Of a DNA stretch of 64,000 nucleotides, positions 36,051 through 46,314 are shown in pieces. The DNA is from an uncultured Pseudomonadota bacterium (GTDB lineage: Bacteria; Oederibacteriota; Muellerivitia; Muellerivitales; Muellerivitaceae): the NCBI GenBank assembly GCA_963836235.1, contig CAWIIP010000002.1:1056001-1120000 (forward strand). Direction: 5' to 3'. A model generated the notes under the pieces. That model was not told the DNA's origin. It saw nothing but the letters and a program-made list of their open reading frames with translations, and did no database searches. Numbering within the stretch: position 1 is the stretch's first letter; each line of letters opens with the position of its first letter. The position numbers and the translations under genes were made by a program.

Positions 36051-39000
36051 TTAACGAAGGATCAGCAATTTCCCGATAAATCGGCCCTGGTTGGTTTGGA
36101 TCACAGTGTAATAAAGCCCGCTGGCCAGGGGTTTTCCCCAGTTGTCGTTAAGAATAACCGTGACCGGCCCATAGACCTGTGGTGGATAAGACTTCTCCTG
36201 GACCTTCCGGAAAGCGGTAGTGAAAATCTGAACCTTAATACCAGATTGCCCTAAGTAAGCTGGCGGTAAAACTTGAATGGGGTTCCCATCACTGGGATTA
36301 GGATAAAGAAGTGCCGCGGATCCGACTATTGGAGTAGGTGTCGGCGAACCGCCGGAAGCAAGGAAAACTGTCCCAGTCACGGTAGGCGTACTTGTAGCGG
36401 AGGCTGTGGGAGTGGCTGTAGCGCTTGTAGTAGGGGTTGTAGTGGGTGTTTCCGTGGGTTCGGCGATGGTAATGATGGCCGATCCAACCGGATTCCAATA
36501 AACAGCCGCGGGCTGGCCCGTAACGAGGTCCACACCTGAAGGGCCCGGAATACTGATCCCATAGGTACCGGTCGGAGCGGAAGAATTGAAATTGTAAACG
36601 ACCAAATAAACCTGTGACCCCAGGGTTCCCTGTAGATAGCCATTGACCCCGATATTGGCCGTCCCGTTATCCGAGGGATAGGTTCCCGTCCCCAAAAGGG
36701 TGTCCCCCGCATCCACCTGGCCATCACCATTATTGTCGGCGTAAATGGCGACGTTGGTGATCCCCGTCTGGTCGTTACCTGTTCCCGATGCAGTCAATTG
36801 GATGGCCGTAATGGAAACGGGATCGCTACCTTCATTAACAAGCTTAAATTGCATAACCGCCACAAGCGTGGATCCCGAAACTTGGGTGCTGTTGGAAGGC
36901 GGCGCCGGACCCGTCGAAACCGCGATAGTCACGCGGGTAGGGGAAGAAGTCGGTGAAAAAGTTGGGGACGGGGTAACCGTAAACGTCATCGAATCCGTTG
37001 GACTATTCGTGGGAGTGGCGCTATTTGGCAAAGTCGAGGTGGAGGTTGCCGTAGAAGTTGGGGTCCTTGTCACCGAGGGTGTAAGGCTATTGGCGGGTGT
37101 GGGAGTAGCGGTAATGCTGGCCGTCAAGGTCGTGGTGGATGTGGGTGTGAAGGTGGAACTAAAAGTGGCGGTGGTAGTTGCGGTATTGGTGGGAGTGATA
37201 GTGAACGTGGAGGAAGGCGTGAAGGTTAAGGATGGGCTTAAGGTTCCGGTGGGGCTATCGATTGGAGTAAAGGTGATCGTAGGCGTGTAAGTTACCGTGG
37301 AGGTGGTGGTTGAAGTGGCGCTATTTGTGGAAGTAAACGTGGCCGTGGAAGTGGGGGTCGCGGTTTCGGTCATGGTAGCGGTTCGCGAAGCCGTATTGGA
37401 GGCGGTCGAAGTGGCCGAGAAGGTTGCCGTAAAGGTGGCGCTTGAGGTGGGTGTTGAAGTTCGGGTCAGGGTGATTGTGTTGGTTAAGGTGTTCGTTGGG
37501 CTGGCCGTTGGACTATTGGTAAGGGTCCCGGTCACCGTTTTCGAGGGGGTTTGGGTCGGGCTTGCGGTAGAAGTGCGAGTCGGTGTTGCGGTAGGCGTAG
37601 GCCCGGTGGAAGTGACAAAAGCCGAGGCCATGATCATATAGGAAGCGGTGTAATAAAGTCCCGTTTCGTTCACCACCCAGGGCACGGTCTGATTGCCGCT
37701 GGAGTCCACGTAATCCCAATCACGGTATTCTTTCTCATAGGGCGGTTCCACATTGCCGGCTAACATCGGCGGTTGGGCTAGTCCCCCGGCGGCTTGGTAC
37801 CCATGGCTGGGCCCATCCGGAACGATTCCTGGGGGTGGGCCGAAGCTGGAAGGTCCGCTGTCGCTGATGCCGAAATTATCCGTTCCCGAATAATAGGGAT
37901 AGAGCGGGTCGATGACCGAAGCGGGTTTGCCGATGAAATTGTTATAGGAAAAAGTGACTCCGTAATTCCCGAACCAGGAGTGGTAAATACGCCAAATTCC
38001 ATGGGAGGCGCCAAGAGCGGCCGCGTTGGTCATGAGGGTCATGTTTACCGGGTTGCTTCCATTCATGTAATGAAGAAAGTCCTCGGCGTGTTGCAGGCAC
38101 TGGGCGCTGGTATAGGTCCCCGTCGCCCCCAGCTTGGAGGCCCATACTAGGTCCATGCCGTAGTTCATCTTTACTTCGTCAGCTCCCCAAAAATAGTCGT
38201 AACTGTGCATACCGGAGTTATAAAAATCGTTCTGGGCGAACAGGTCGCCAATCAGGTTGGACCAATCACCTTTCATGTAGTTGACCACTGACACAGTGGC
38301 GCCGGAGGCTTGCATGTAGGTCAACATACCCCAATTCTGCTGGAATAAATCCTCATTAAGCCAAAACCCATTCCAGGTTTGATAGTTATCCACGATGGAT
38401 TGGGCAGCGCTAATGATCGAGGCGGGCCCGCTAAGGGCTTCTTCCATACGGAAGATCTCAGCGGCGGCCCAAAACCGTTGATCACTGGCCGTGGCCGTGG
38501 ACACGAAGCTGTTCCAGGTGTTTTCCGCGGCGGTCCGTAGTGTCACCGCGTAACTGGCCAAGCCCGGTACTCCGAACATGACCCGGGCCGCGTGTGACAT
38601 CAGGGCCACGAACTGGGCCTCCCCCGCAGGATTAGGAGGATAGTAATAACGCGTGGTGGGATCGGTGCTGGGCGGGGAACCAGTCGTATAAACCGTTTGG
38701 TGCACCACCGAAAGCACATGGTGGTCGGTCATCTGCATCTTTAAGTACCAGTCCAATTCCCACTTGGCTTCGTTCAGGATATCGGGATTGCCGTTGCCCG
38801 ATTCGGGGATGTTGCTTTGCAGGCCTGTGAAAAGGGAGGGATTCCACTCGTAGGCCGTGAGGAGGTCCCAAAGAGCTTCCCCGCTGTCCCCGCCCCAATT
38901 GTTGCAGGCCCCGGTTGGAGTCTGGCCGATGTATTTGTTGTAATCCCCGGCATCGTGCCATCCCCCCATTAGGTTCAAGGTGCCGTAGCTGTTGGGAAAA

Positions 39001-39527
39001 GTACATCCGGGTGCAGGTCCACATGCCGCATCCGAAGTATGGCAGGCGGAGGCATCCGCCCAGTTAGCCCCGGCATAAGCCGCGGGTTTGGCGGTTCCAC
39101 ACCTTTGATAATAGAGGGCCTTGAGGGTGGCCGTCATGGGCGCCTGATAAACGGAATCCGAGATGGTGAAGTTATAGGATTGCTCGTTCAGGGTGGAAGA
39201 GAGCAAATAGTATTGTCCAGCAGTTGTAAAGGCGGAAAAATCCACCCACCATAAGGTATCCCCGGAAATTCGCGGGTTAGTCGGATCAGTCCCTTTACTG
39301 GTAATAGTGGTGGTGGTGTAAACCAATGTATTGGTGGTGGCGTTGTACAGTCCCACGCTGGAACCAGGGTTGGCGGTGAAATAAGCGATCTTCGTATCCG
39401 TGGTACGGTAACCGAAATGATCAAGTTTGATATTGCCCAATATGGACGCAGCAGTTGAAGCCTGGACAAACAGGCCTAAGGCTAGGCCCGCCAACCAGGG
39501 AAAGTATTTTTTCAGACTAAATTTCAT
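36051..39527 (-). CDS. GH9 endoglucanase with N-terminal Ig domain + stalk + Ig-like module + CTD
   Basis: IKLDHFGY (CelD_N-like), YYQRCG, GGWHDAGDYNKY, PDILNEAKWELDW, PWVVNETGLYY. Confidence 0.9.
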   Translation of the reverse strand: MKFSLKKYFPWLAGLALGLFVQASTAASILGNIKLDHFGYRTTDTKIAYFTANPGSSVGLYNATTNTLVYTTTTITSKGTDPTNPRISGDTLWWVDFSAFTTAGQYYLLSSTLNEQSYNFTISDSVYQAPMTATLKALYYQRCGTAKPAAYAGANWADASACHTSDAACGPAPGCTFPNSYGTLNLMGGWHDAGDYNKYIGQTPTGACNNWGGDSGEALWDLLTAYEWNPSLFTGLQSNIPESGNGNPDILNEAKWELDWYLKMQMTDHHVLSVVHQTVYTTGSPPSTDPTTRYYYPPNPAGEAQFVALMSHAARVMFGVPGLASYAVTLRTAAENTWNSFVSTATASDQRFWAAAEIFRMEEALSGPASIISAAQSIVDNYQTWNGFWLNEDLFQQNWGMLTYMQASGATVSVVNYMKGDWSNLIGDLFAQNDFYNSGMHSYDYFWGADEVKMNYGMDLVWASKLGATGTYTSAQCLQHAEDFLHYMNGSNPVNMTLMTNAAALGASHGIWRIYHSWFGNYGVTFSYNNFIGKPASVIDPLYPYYSGTDNFGISDSGPSSFGPPPGIVPDGPSHGYQAAGGLAQPPMLAGNVEPPYEKEYRDWDYVDSSGNQTVPWVVNETGLYYTASYMIMASAFVTSTGPTPTATPTRTSTASPTQTPSKTVTGTLTNSPTASPTNTLTNTITLTRTSTPTSSATFTATFSATSTASNTASRTATMTETATPTSTATFTSTNSATSTTTSTVTYTPTITFTPIDSPTGTLSPSLTFTPSSTFTITPTNTATTTATFSSTFTPTSTTTLTASITATPTPANSLTPSVTRTPTSTATSTSTLPNSATPTNSPTDSMTFTVTPSPTFSPTSSPTRVTIAVSTGPAPPSNSTQVSGSTLVAVMQFKLVNEGSDPVSITAIQLTASGTGNDQTGITNVAIYADNNGDGQVDAGDTLLGTGTYPSDNGTANIGVNGYLQGTLGSQVYLVVYNFNSSAPTGTYGISIPGPSGVDLVTGQPAAVYWNPVGSAIITIAEPTETPTTTPTTSATATPTASATSTPTVTGTVFLASGGSPTPTPIVGSAALLYPNPSDGNPIQVLPPAYLGQSGIKVQIFTTAFRKVQEKSYPPQVYGPVTVILNDNWGKPLASGLYYTVIQTNQGRFIGKLLILR

Positions 39528-39776
39528 TTCGAAACACCCAAAGCTGAAATTGATTTAAGCCAAAAATAACCGAATGTGTTAAGGCGATCCAATTTTACCG
39601 CATTTGGGGAGGTCTATTGGGAGACATATCTCAACAATAGCGGGCCGCTCGATAAACCTAAAAGCAACAACTTAATTTTTCACAGGGAAACAGCAAAGAA
39701 GTGGAGGAGAACTGCTTTTGTGTAGAACCCTTAAAGCGAAACCAAAACCTGTAGGTTCGCTTAAGCCACTAAGGGA

Positions 39777-42700
39777 TTAACGCAGGAGGAGGAGTTTGAC
39801 TACGGAGTGGTAACCGTTATGGTTTGAGATCACCACATAGTAAAGGCCACTAGCCAGAGGTGCCCCTGACTTGTCGTTCAGGGCCAAAGGAATATGCCAG
39901 GTCTTCGCTGTTGTACTCCCGCTCACCGAAGCCGTCACGCCCGGTGACGAGGTCGACACCGTGTTGTCCTGCACATCCCGGAAGGCCACCGTGAATATCT
40001 GCACACTCAATGTATCCGACGCTTGACTCAATGTCGCCGACACCGTAACGGGTCCTCCCGTGGAGGGGTTCGGGTAAACCACTGGTATCGAACTCGGTTG
40101 AAGGGTGGAAGTCGGCGTCAACGAAGCCGTGGAATTGGGCGTCGAGGACGGTGTAGAGGTCGCCGAGCTAATCGTGACGACAGCCCCGGGGACCGGCAAT
40201 CCGCCGAAGCCAACAGCTTGGCCATTGTTCCCTGCTCCGCCTGTCACACTGAATGTGTAGGTACCCGTCGGCGCGCTAGTCGAGAAGGTCGCCACCACTT
40301 CATAAGTCACCGCCCCATTACTGGCCGGAATGACATTATTGGAAGTTAAACTACTCAAATTAAAGGTCGCCGTCGTTCCAGTGAAACTGGCCGTGGAAAT
40401 AACCGTTCCATTGTCCACCAGCGATACGGAAGTGATTCCCGTAGGGGATGCACCTGACTCGGTAAGGGTCAAACTGCTCAAAGTGACGGCATTTGCTCCG
40501 GGATTGGTCAATTGGACTTGTTGTACGGCCACGTTGGAAGCTCCCGCCGGTTGAGTTGAATCGACAGGCGGGCTGGACCCTTGCGAAGCCTGCACCGTTA
40601 CTTGGGTGGGAGTCGGGGTCGGGGTGATCGTAGGCGTATTGGTCAGCGTGACCGTTGCCGTAAAGGTTGGGCTGTTGGTTAAAGTTTCGGTGGCCGTATT
40701 GGCCAGAGTATTGGTAGGTGTGGAAGTCGTTGTTTTAGTTTCCGTATTCGAAGTCGTAAGCGTTGGGGTGTTGGTAGCGCTATTCGCCAAGGTATTAGTG
40801 GCTGTCGCCGTGGCCGTACTGGTGGCGCTATTCGCTAAAGTATTCGTGGGCGTGAAAGTCGTTGTTTTAGTTTCCGTATTCGAAGTCGTAAGCGTTGGGG
40901 TGTTGGTAGCGCTATTCGCCAAGGTATTAGTGGCTGTTGCCGTGGCGGTATTCGTGGCACTATTCGCCAAAGTATTCGTAGGCGTCGACGTGGCCGTATT
41001 TATGGCCGTATTTGTCGTCGTACTGGTAGTCGTCGAGGTCGGGGTTTTGGTCGCCGTCATTGTCGTCGTATTCGTAGGGGTATTGGTAGCGGTCACCGTT
41101 GTCGTATTCGTCACCGTATTAGTGCCGGTTTTCGTGGCCGTGAAGGTCGCCGTGCTTGTTCCCGTCATAGTAGGCGTCGATGAAGGTGTTGACGTCAAAA
41201 CGGTTCCCGTGGGACTGAGGGTCGGCGTATCACTAATAGTGGCCGTGGCGGTGTTAGTCGTCGTGGAGGTAGCGGTTTTAGTCGCCGTGTTTGTCGCCGT
41301 TTCCGTAATGGTGGAAGTAGTCGTACCGGTAGTTGTGGAAGTCACCGTTCGGGTGGCGGTGGAAGTGGCCGTATTGGTCGCCGTATTCGTCAGGCTATTC
41401 GTCGGGGTGGCCGTCGGGCTATTCGTGGGGGAAGGCGTCGCCGTACGGGTTGCCGTATTGGAAGTAGTGCCTGTCGCCGTACTCGTGGTCGTATTGGTCG
41501 CCGTGCTGGCCAAAGTGCTGGTGGAAGTCGAGGTCACCGTTGAAGTAACCGTCTTCGTAGGGCTATTTGTGGTTGTATTCGTCGGACTATTCGTAGTCGT
41601 ATAGGTCGCGGTTACCGTAGCGGTATTACCCACCGTATTCGTTGGGCTGGCGGTAACGGTAAAGGTCGGTGTTCGCGTTGGACTGTTGGTGGCGGTCGTA
41701 GTAGGTGTAAATGTAGCTGTGGAAGAAGGGCTACTTGTAGCTGTCTTTGTAAGGGTCCCGGTTGGGGTTAACGTGGGAGTATTAACCACGGTGTTGGTGG
41801 CGGTGGAGGAAGGTGTTCCTGTGGGCGTACGAGTGGCGCTGGAAGTAGGCGTACCGGTCGGGGTACCGGGTACCACCGAGGGTGTGGCGGTATTAATGAT
41901 GACGGGCGTGTAATAGCCGTTGGAAATTTTGGCAAAATGCATGCAAACCTGGTCCACCGAATACCCCAATGTCGCGGGATTACCCGCAGTATCCCATTGG
42001 ACGGAAGTCACATTGGTCAATGCCTGGTCACGCGTGAGGGAGACGCTTCCGTTCGAGGCCAACCCATAGCAGAATCCCGCGCTGTTCCAGTCCTGGCACA
42101 TGATCTCGTTGTAAGTGACGGTGACGGCCTGCCAGGTTGTGGTCACAGGGAAAGTATAGCCGAACTGGTTGGCGTTGCCGCCATTGGCGGGGTCAAGGGC
42201 GGGGTTGTAGAAATTTAAGCGGATGGTCATGGGCGCCGTCGATTTAATATAAAAGTTGATATCCACCAGTGAACAGGGGCCCGCCCCACCAACCGTCAGA
42301 TTCAAGAGATTGTTATATGGCGCATTCAGGGCGGTGGCGATGGCAAATCCTCCATATGTAGCGGGAGTGCTCAAGCCGTTGTCCATCCAGAAACCCGTCA
42401 CGGACGCATCCCAATTAGTTCCCGCGGCACCGGGAGATTGGAGAATATAGGAGGGACCGGAGACAATGGCACGGGTGGGCGTGGGATTGACCGGGGTGTT
42501 GTTCAAACTGGCATAGGAAAAAGTAAACCAGAAACCATTGGTTGAATTGATAAGGTTGTCGTCCTCTAAATCATCCAGCATGAAGCAAGGCATGGGCGTG
42601 GGGGTGGCGGGCGGGGTGTTGGCGGTACAACCGCCGCAGGCCATGTTGGGAAAGTTACCCGTTCCCACCATCAAACACATGAGGCCCAGTGTGTCCTGGA

Positions 42701-43901
42701 AGTATTCCAACGTCACGCAGCCGGTGTTGGCCATCAGACGGCGGGCAAGTTCGTCATAGGTGTCGTCCACGAAAGCCTGGTTAACAGGGTTATTAGGCAG
42801 CCCTGCCATACAGCCCACAAGCGCAGGACCGATCTGCAGGTGGGAGCAAGGGGAGGTAGCACCGTCCGTGCCAGCCTTGACGGCTGTATTGCCGTCCGTG
42901 GCGTTGAAATATTCCTGGATATAATTAAGGTAACCATTGGCGGTGACCCCGGCCTGCATGGTACGGGCGAACATGGAAATAGGGCCCTGGTTGCTGCCGT
43001 TCCAGAGGTAGTCCGTGCCCATGCGCCAGCCCCAGCGGGAAGCGTCGTAACCGTGGTTGTTGGCTCCTTCGGTGCCAAGAGCGATAGGGGAGTGGAAGGT
43101 GCCGTCGTTGTTGATTTCGTTGGGTACATAGCCATGGGTCCATTGGCTTTCCAAAGCCGGGCAGAGGGTGTTGTAAACCCATGTGACTACGTTGGTCCAT
43201 GCCGTATTGCCGGTCTTAGTCTCAAAGCAACGGTACCACCCGGGTGAGCAATAATCAGGATAAACGACCCCCGTATTGTTGTCGCCGCCCGTGACTACGT
43301 TGCCAGAGAAGTCTTTTGCTATAAGTGAAGCGGCCATACTGGCGGCTTCGGTGGTGTAAGTGGCATTGTTCCACTGGTTGGCCGCCATATAGAGCGACAT
43401 GCACATGTCTTGATCCGCATCCGTGGCGTTGTTCCCCGAACAGGTGGCGCCAGTCGGGCCAGCGCAGGTCCAGTTCATCAAGCCGTTGCCGTCCAGATGG
43501 GCCTTGCGATAACCATCCAAGCCATCGAAGAGGGTCTTATCCGCCATTTGGACGGCGATCAACATGCCGTAACCAATTCCTTCCGAAACCGTCTCATAAT
43601 TGGAACCGCCACCGCTTCCGGCATCGGGCCACCAAACCCTCGTGCTGGCTCCGGTCCCCGTGACGAAGGCGTTGTACCAAGAGACATAAAACTGGGAGAC
43701 GGCAGCGGCATATTGAGCTTGGCTGTAACGGCTGGGTTGCAAGCCATAGGTATAGCGGATGTTATGCGGGAAGGGGCAGGTGATAGTGCTAGCTGAAGGG
43801 TCATTGATGAGAGGCGCCGAATAAGCGACCGATATAGATACTAACATTAGGGAGGCTGTAGCAAAAAAACGGAAAAGGTTTTTAGTTAAAAAATTTTTCA
43901 A
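39777..43901 (-). CDS. GH8 glucanase + CBM11-like domain + stalk + Ig-like module + CTD
   Basis: TVSEGIGYGML, NATDADQD, YDASRWGWR. MLDDLEDDN...GFWFTF CBM-like domain. TTG start. Confidence 0.88.
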   Translation of the reverse strand: MKNFLTKNLFRFFATASLMLVSISVAYSAPLINDPSASTITCPFPHNIRYTYGLQPSRYSQAQYAAAVSQFYVSWYNAFVTGTGASTRVWWPDAGSGGGSNYETVSEGIGYGMLIAVQMADKTLFDGLDGYRKAHLDGNGLMNWTCAGPTGATCSGNNATDADQDMCMSLYMAANQWNNATYTTEAASMAASLIAKDFSGNVVTGGDNNTGVVYPDYCSPGWYRCFETKTGNTAWTNVVTWVYNTLCPALESQWTHGYVPNEINNDGTFHSPIALGTEGANNHGYDASRWGWRMGTDYLWNGSNQGPISMFARTMQAGVTANGYLNYIQEYFNATDGNTAVKAGTDGATSPCSHLQIGPALVGCMAGLPNNPVNQAFVDDTYDELARRLMANTGCVTLEYFQDTLGLMCLMVGTGNFPNMACGGCTANTPPATPTPMPCFMLDDLEDDNLINSTNGFWFTFSYASLNNTPVNPTPTRAIVSGPSYILQSPGAAGTNWDASVTGFWMDNGLSTPATYGGFAIATALNAPYNNLLNLTVGGAGPCSLVDINFYIKSTAPMTIRLNFYNPALDPANGGNANQFGYTFPVTTTWQAVTVTYNEIMCQDWNSAGFCYGLASNGSVSLTRDQALTNVTSVQWDTAGNPATLGYSVDQVCMHFAKISNGYYTPVIINTATPSVVPGTPTGTPTSSATRTPTGTPSSTATNTVVNTPTLTPTGTLTKTATSSPSSTATFTPTTTATNSPTRTPTFTVTASPTNTVGNTATVTATYTTTNSPTNTTTNSPTKTVTSTVTSTSTSTLASTATNTTTSTATGTTSNTATRTATPSPTNSPTATPTNSLTNTATNTATSTATRTVTSTTTGTTTSTITETATNTATKTATSTTTNTATATISDTPTLSPTGTVLTSTPSSTPTMTGTSTATFTATKTGTNTVTNTTTVTATNTPTNTTTMTATKTPTSTTTSTTTNTAINTATSTPTNTLANSATNTATATATNTLANSATNTPTLTTSNTETKTTTFTPTNTLANSATSTATATATNTLANSATNTPTLTTSNTETKTTTSTPTNTLANTATETLTNSPTFTATVTLTNTPTITPTPTPTQVTVQASQGSSPPVDSTQPAGASNVAVQQVQLTNPGANAVTLSSLTLTESGASPTGITSVSLVDNGTVISTASFTGTTATFNLSSLTSNNVIPASNGAVTYEVVATFSTSAPTGTYTFSVTGGAGNNGQAVGFGGLPVPGAVVTISSATSTPSSTPNSTASLTPTSTLQPSSIPVVYPNPSTGGPVTVSATLSQASDTLSVQIFTVAFRDVQDNTVSTSSPGVTASVSGSTTAKTWHIPLALNDKSGAPLASGLYYVVISNHNGYHSVVKLLLLR
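40726..40940. repeat. 132-bp-period (44-aa) tandem duplication in the GH8 stalk
   Basis: tgttttagtttccgtattcgaagtcgtaagcg... occurs at 40731 and 40863. Confidence 0.85.
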
Positions 43902-44029
43902 CGGTTTTCCTTCAAGGATTCTTCAAAAGCCTCTGTGTTTTGCAATACCCACATTTGATTTAGCTTCGTAAGAGTACCGCAAGAAACCTTCCAAGTAAAT
44001 CCACAATCATCACTTAAGGCATCTTGCTA

Positions 44030-44058
44030 TTTATCGATAAAACTACCTGATTATCGAC
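44030..44058. promoter_or_regulatory. Palindrome TTTATCGATAAA plus a half-site 20 bp away
   Basis: Upstream of GH8. Related sites lie upstream of the other cellulose-type genes. Confidence 0.5.
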
Positions 44059-44193
44059 TTTAAAAAGAAGGTCTGGGGCCACCCCACCCCATCTGTTGCT
44101 GTTTTTTAGGATTATATGTCTTGTGAATCCCGATTTTGTATTGGAAGGCCGCAAGAAAAAAACGGATTTTTCTTGCCGATCAGTCCAAATTCA

Positions 44194-45861
44194 TCAATAG
44201 AAGCTGACGTCATCCACCCAAAGGTCATAGTTGGCAAGGGGGAAAGTGTTGTCAAACTCCCATTGGACGCCGAGGAGAGAAGTCGGATCCCAAGGAACCG
44301 TCATGTTTCCCCATCCTTGTGGCGCGACAATAGGTGTCGTCATCGGGATTTGGATCAGTTGCCATGAAGTCGTGATCTGTGTCGTCAATTCATAACAGTA
44401 ATGGTCGTCGCATTGAAGTGTTAGGCCCATGCTGTTCACGCTGGGGCCGACGCAACTGCCGCCTTCGGCCGCCGTGGCCGTTGCCACCTCCGGGAACTTG
44501 ACAAAGACACCCGCGACGTTGGAGGAAGGTCCCCACTTGGCGTAAAACTGAACGCCGTGGGAGAAATCGGTCGTGGCCCAAGCGCTAGCGTTATATGGCC
44601 CCTCGGGCTTCAAGAAATTAACCCCTAATCCGGCGAAGGGACAAGTGGTGTAGGGCGCGCCGCAAGCCGCACCTACGGTTCCAGAAATATGGGCCGCGAA
44701 ATCCTGGGTACCGTCGTACCCCGGCGAATCGGGGAAAAAGGCCGTGCCGCTGACCGCCCCGTTCGGGCATTCAACGGTTCCCACCGAAAAGTTATCCGCG
44801 AAAATATACCAGTACCCGGTTCGACCGCTGGGGGATCCGGCATAAAAAGGAGCGGTGTTGTAAAAGGCCACATGATTTTCCCCGTCCTGGAAGTCGCTCA
44901 GCAAAGTCGACCCGGGAGCCGTCGGTGCGGCTGGAGATGTGGTCGTGACGAGTTGGACGTCATCAACCAGGAAATCAATATTAAAATTGTTCGTACCCAG
45001 GTTTTGCGGAGCGAACTTGACGGATTGGATGGAAACCGGGTTGAGCGCTGTGGAACTTCCGTCCTCCAAAAGGTCCCAACCCGCCTGGTTGTAATAAACC
45101 GTGAACTGTTGCCACGCAGTGGTGAATGGGACGGCTACCTGGTGGTCGGTGACGGATCCATTATCGACAAAGTCCACCCAGAACGGCACGGCGGCGCCGC
45201 AGATGGTAGAGGGCATCGTTTTGACCTTTCCCCAAAAGCTGATTCCCGTGTAGTGATGGCCCACTGTGGCGTCATAAAAGGTTACTCCCGCATTCAAGGT
45301 TCCGGTGGGATTGGTAAAGGTAAATCCCAATTGGTCGAACCCGCTGGTACCGCTGGGATTAAAAGTCACGCTTTGTTCAATAGCGGTGGCATCGACGGTG
45401 CCGACCCCGGAGAGGATGGTGGTGACACCCACATCGTTAGTGGCAAACCAATAACCATCCCGCCAATGGCCATTCTCATCCTTGGTAACGTAAATTTGGC
45501 TCACACTATCCGAGCCGCTTCCGCCCGTCCCCTTGAAATCGTCGATCAAAGGGTAGTTCGGAGTGGGGGTACCGGTGGCGGTTGAGGTACTGGTTGGTAC
45601 CGGGGAAGTAGTGGGTGTTGAAGTAGCAGTGTTTGAAGGCGTGTTCGTGGCAGTAGGTGGCGTACCGGTGGAAGTCGGGGTATGTGAAACCGTGGCAGTG
45701 GGGCTGGAAGTCGCCGAAGAGGTGGGAGTCGAGTTGCTGCTCGAGATAGGGATACTCGGGCTTCCCGGAGCCGACAGTTCGCGGGAACAACCCACGAAAA
45801 ATCCTAAACCGACCAATCCGGTTAAAAAGGTTCCCCAAACGAAAAACCGCCATGATTTCAT
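44194..45861 (-). CDS. Lipoprotein: short Thr stalk + two CBM11/CIA30-like domains, apparently non-catalytic
   Basis: Lipobox FFVGC. Domains PLIDDF...GYWFATND...YTGISFWGK...FLVDDVQL and LLSDFQDG...GYWYIFAD...GVQFYAK...LWVDDVSFY. Confidence 0.72.
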   Translation of the reverse strand: MKSWRFFVWGTFLTGLVGLGFFVGCSRELSAPGSPSIPISSSNSTPTSSATSSPTATVSHTPTSTGTPPTATNTPSNTATSTPTTSPVPTSTSTATGTPTPNYPLIDDFKGTGGSGSDSVSQIYVTKDENGHWRDGYWFATNDVGVTTILSGVGTVDATAIEQSVTFNPSGTSGFDQLGFTFTNPTGTLNAGVTFYDATVGHHYTGISFWGKVKTMPSTICGAAVPFWVDFVDNGSVTDHQVAVPFTTAWQQFTVYYNQAGWDLLEDGSSTALNPVSIQSVKFAPQNLGTNNFNIDFLVDDVQLVTTTSPAAPTAPGSTLLSDFQDGENHVAFYNTAPFYAGSPSGRTGYWYIFADNFSVGTVECPNGAVSGTAFFPDSPGYDGTQDFAAHISGTVGAACGAPYTTCPFAGLGVNFLKPEGPYNASAWATTDFSHGVQFYAKWGPSSNVAGVFVKFPEVATATAAEGGSCVGPSVNSMGLTLQCDDHYCYELTTQITTSWQLIQIPMTTPIVAPQGWGNMTVPWDPTSLLGVQWEFDNTFPLANYDLWVDDVSFY

Positions 45862-46086
45862 TTTTTCCTCTTAGTCATTTCCTTAAATTTTGCCGAACGA
45901 GGCGCTCGCCAACGAAGGGCACCTTTACTTGGGACAAGACCCCTTGATGTTGCCCGTTATACAAGTTAAGAATACCAAATCTTGGAGGAATTTTTGGCCA
46001 TTAAATCCATGGTCAATATCCATAAGTTGCATTCTTAGTCCAAAATATCCTCGACTAAAAAAACTAGGGAAATTCTTTGAGAAATC

Positions 46087-46124
46087 GGAGTTTATCAATA
46101 AATCTTGGAGTTTATCAATAAATC
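46087..46124. promoter_or_regulatory. 18-bp direct repeat GGAGTTTATCAATAAATC x2, period 20
   Basis: Copies at 46087..46104 and 46107..46124, each holding TTTATCAATAAA. Upstream of the CBM lipoprotein. Confidence 0.6.
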
Positions 46125-46314
46125 AGGGATTGAGTTTTGTTTAAAAATCAGAACATATGGGCCGAAACCACAAGCGTTGTCTAAACCTTGCTGCGCCACA
46201 CTGTTTCTCTTTTTTTTATCGAGTTTTAAACCCGAATCAAACCCTGTGTAACCTGCATGACTCCAAATTAGGATTCACCCATTTACAGAAAAATGAGGGT
46301 AACACTTACAAGTT

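Noticed and set aside
36700-36745. DNNGDGQVDAGD as a dockerin (cellulosome)
   Set aside because: It is a single loop inside a beta-rich domain. There is no duplicated dockerin repeat and no recognisable cohesin in the window.
39728-39765. Imperfect inverted repeat after the GH8 stop as a terminator
   Set aside because: The loop is long, the stem has mismatches and there is no clear U-tract, so it is too weak to call.
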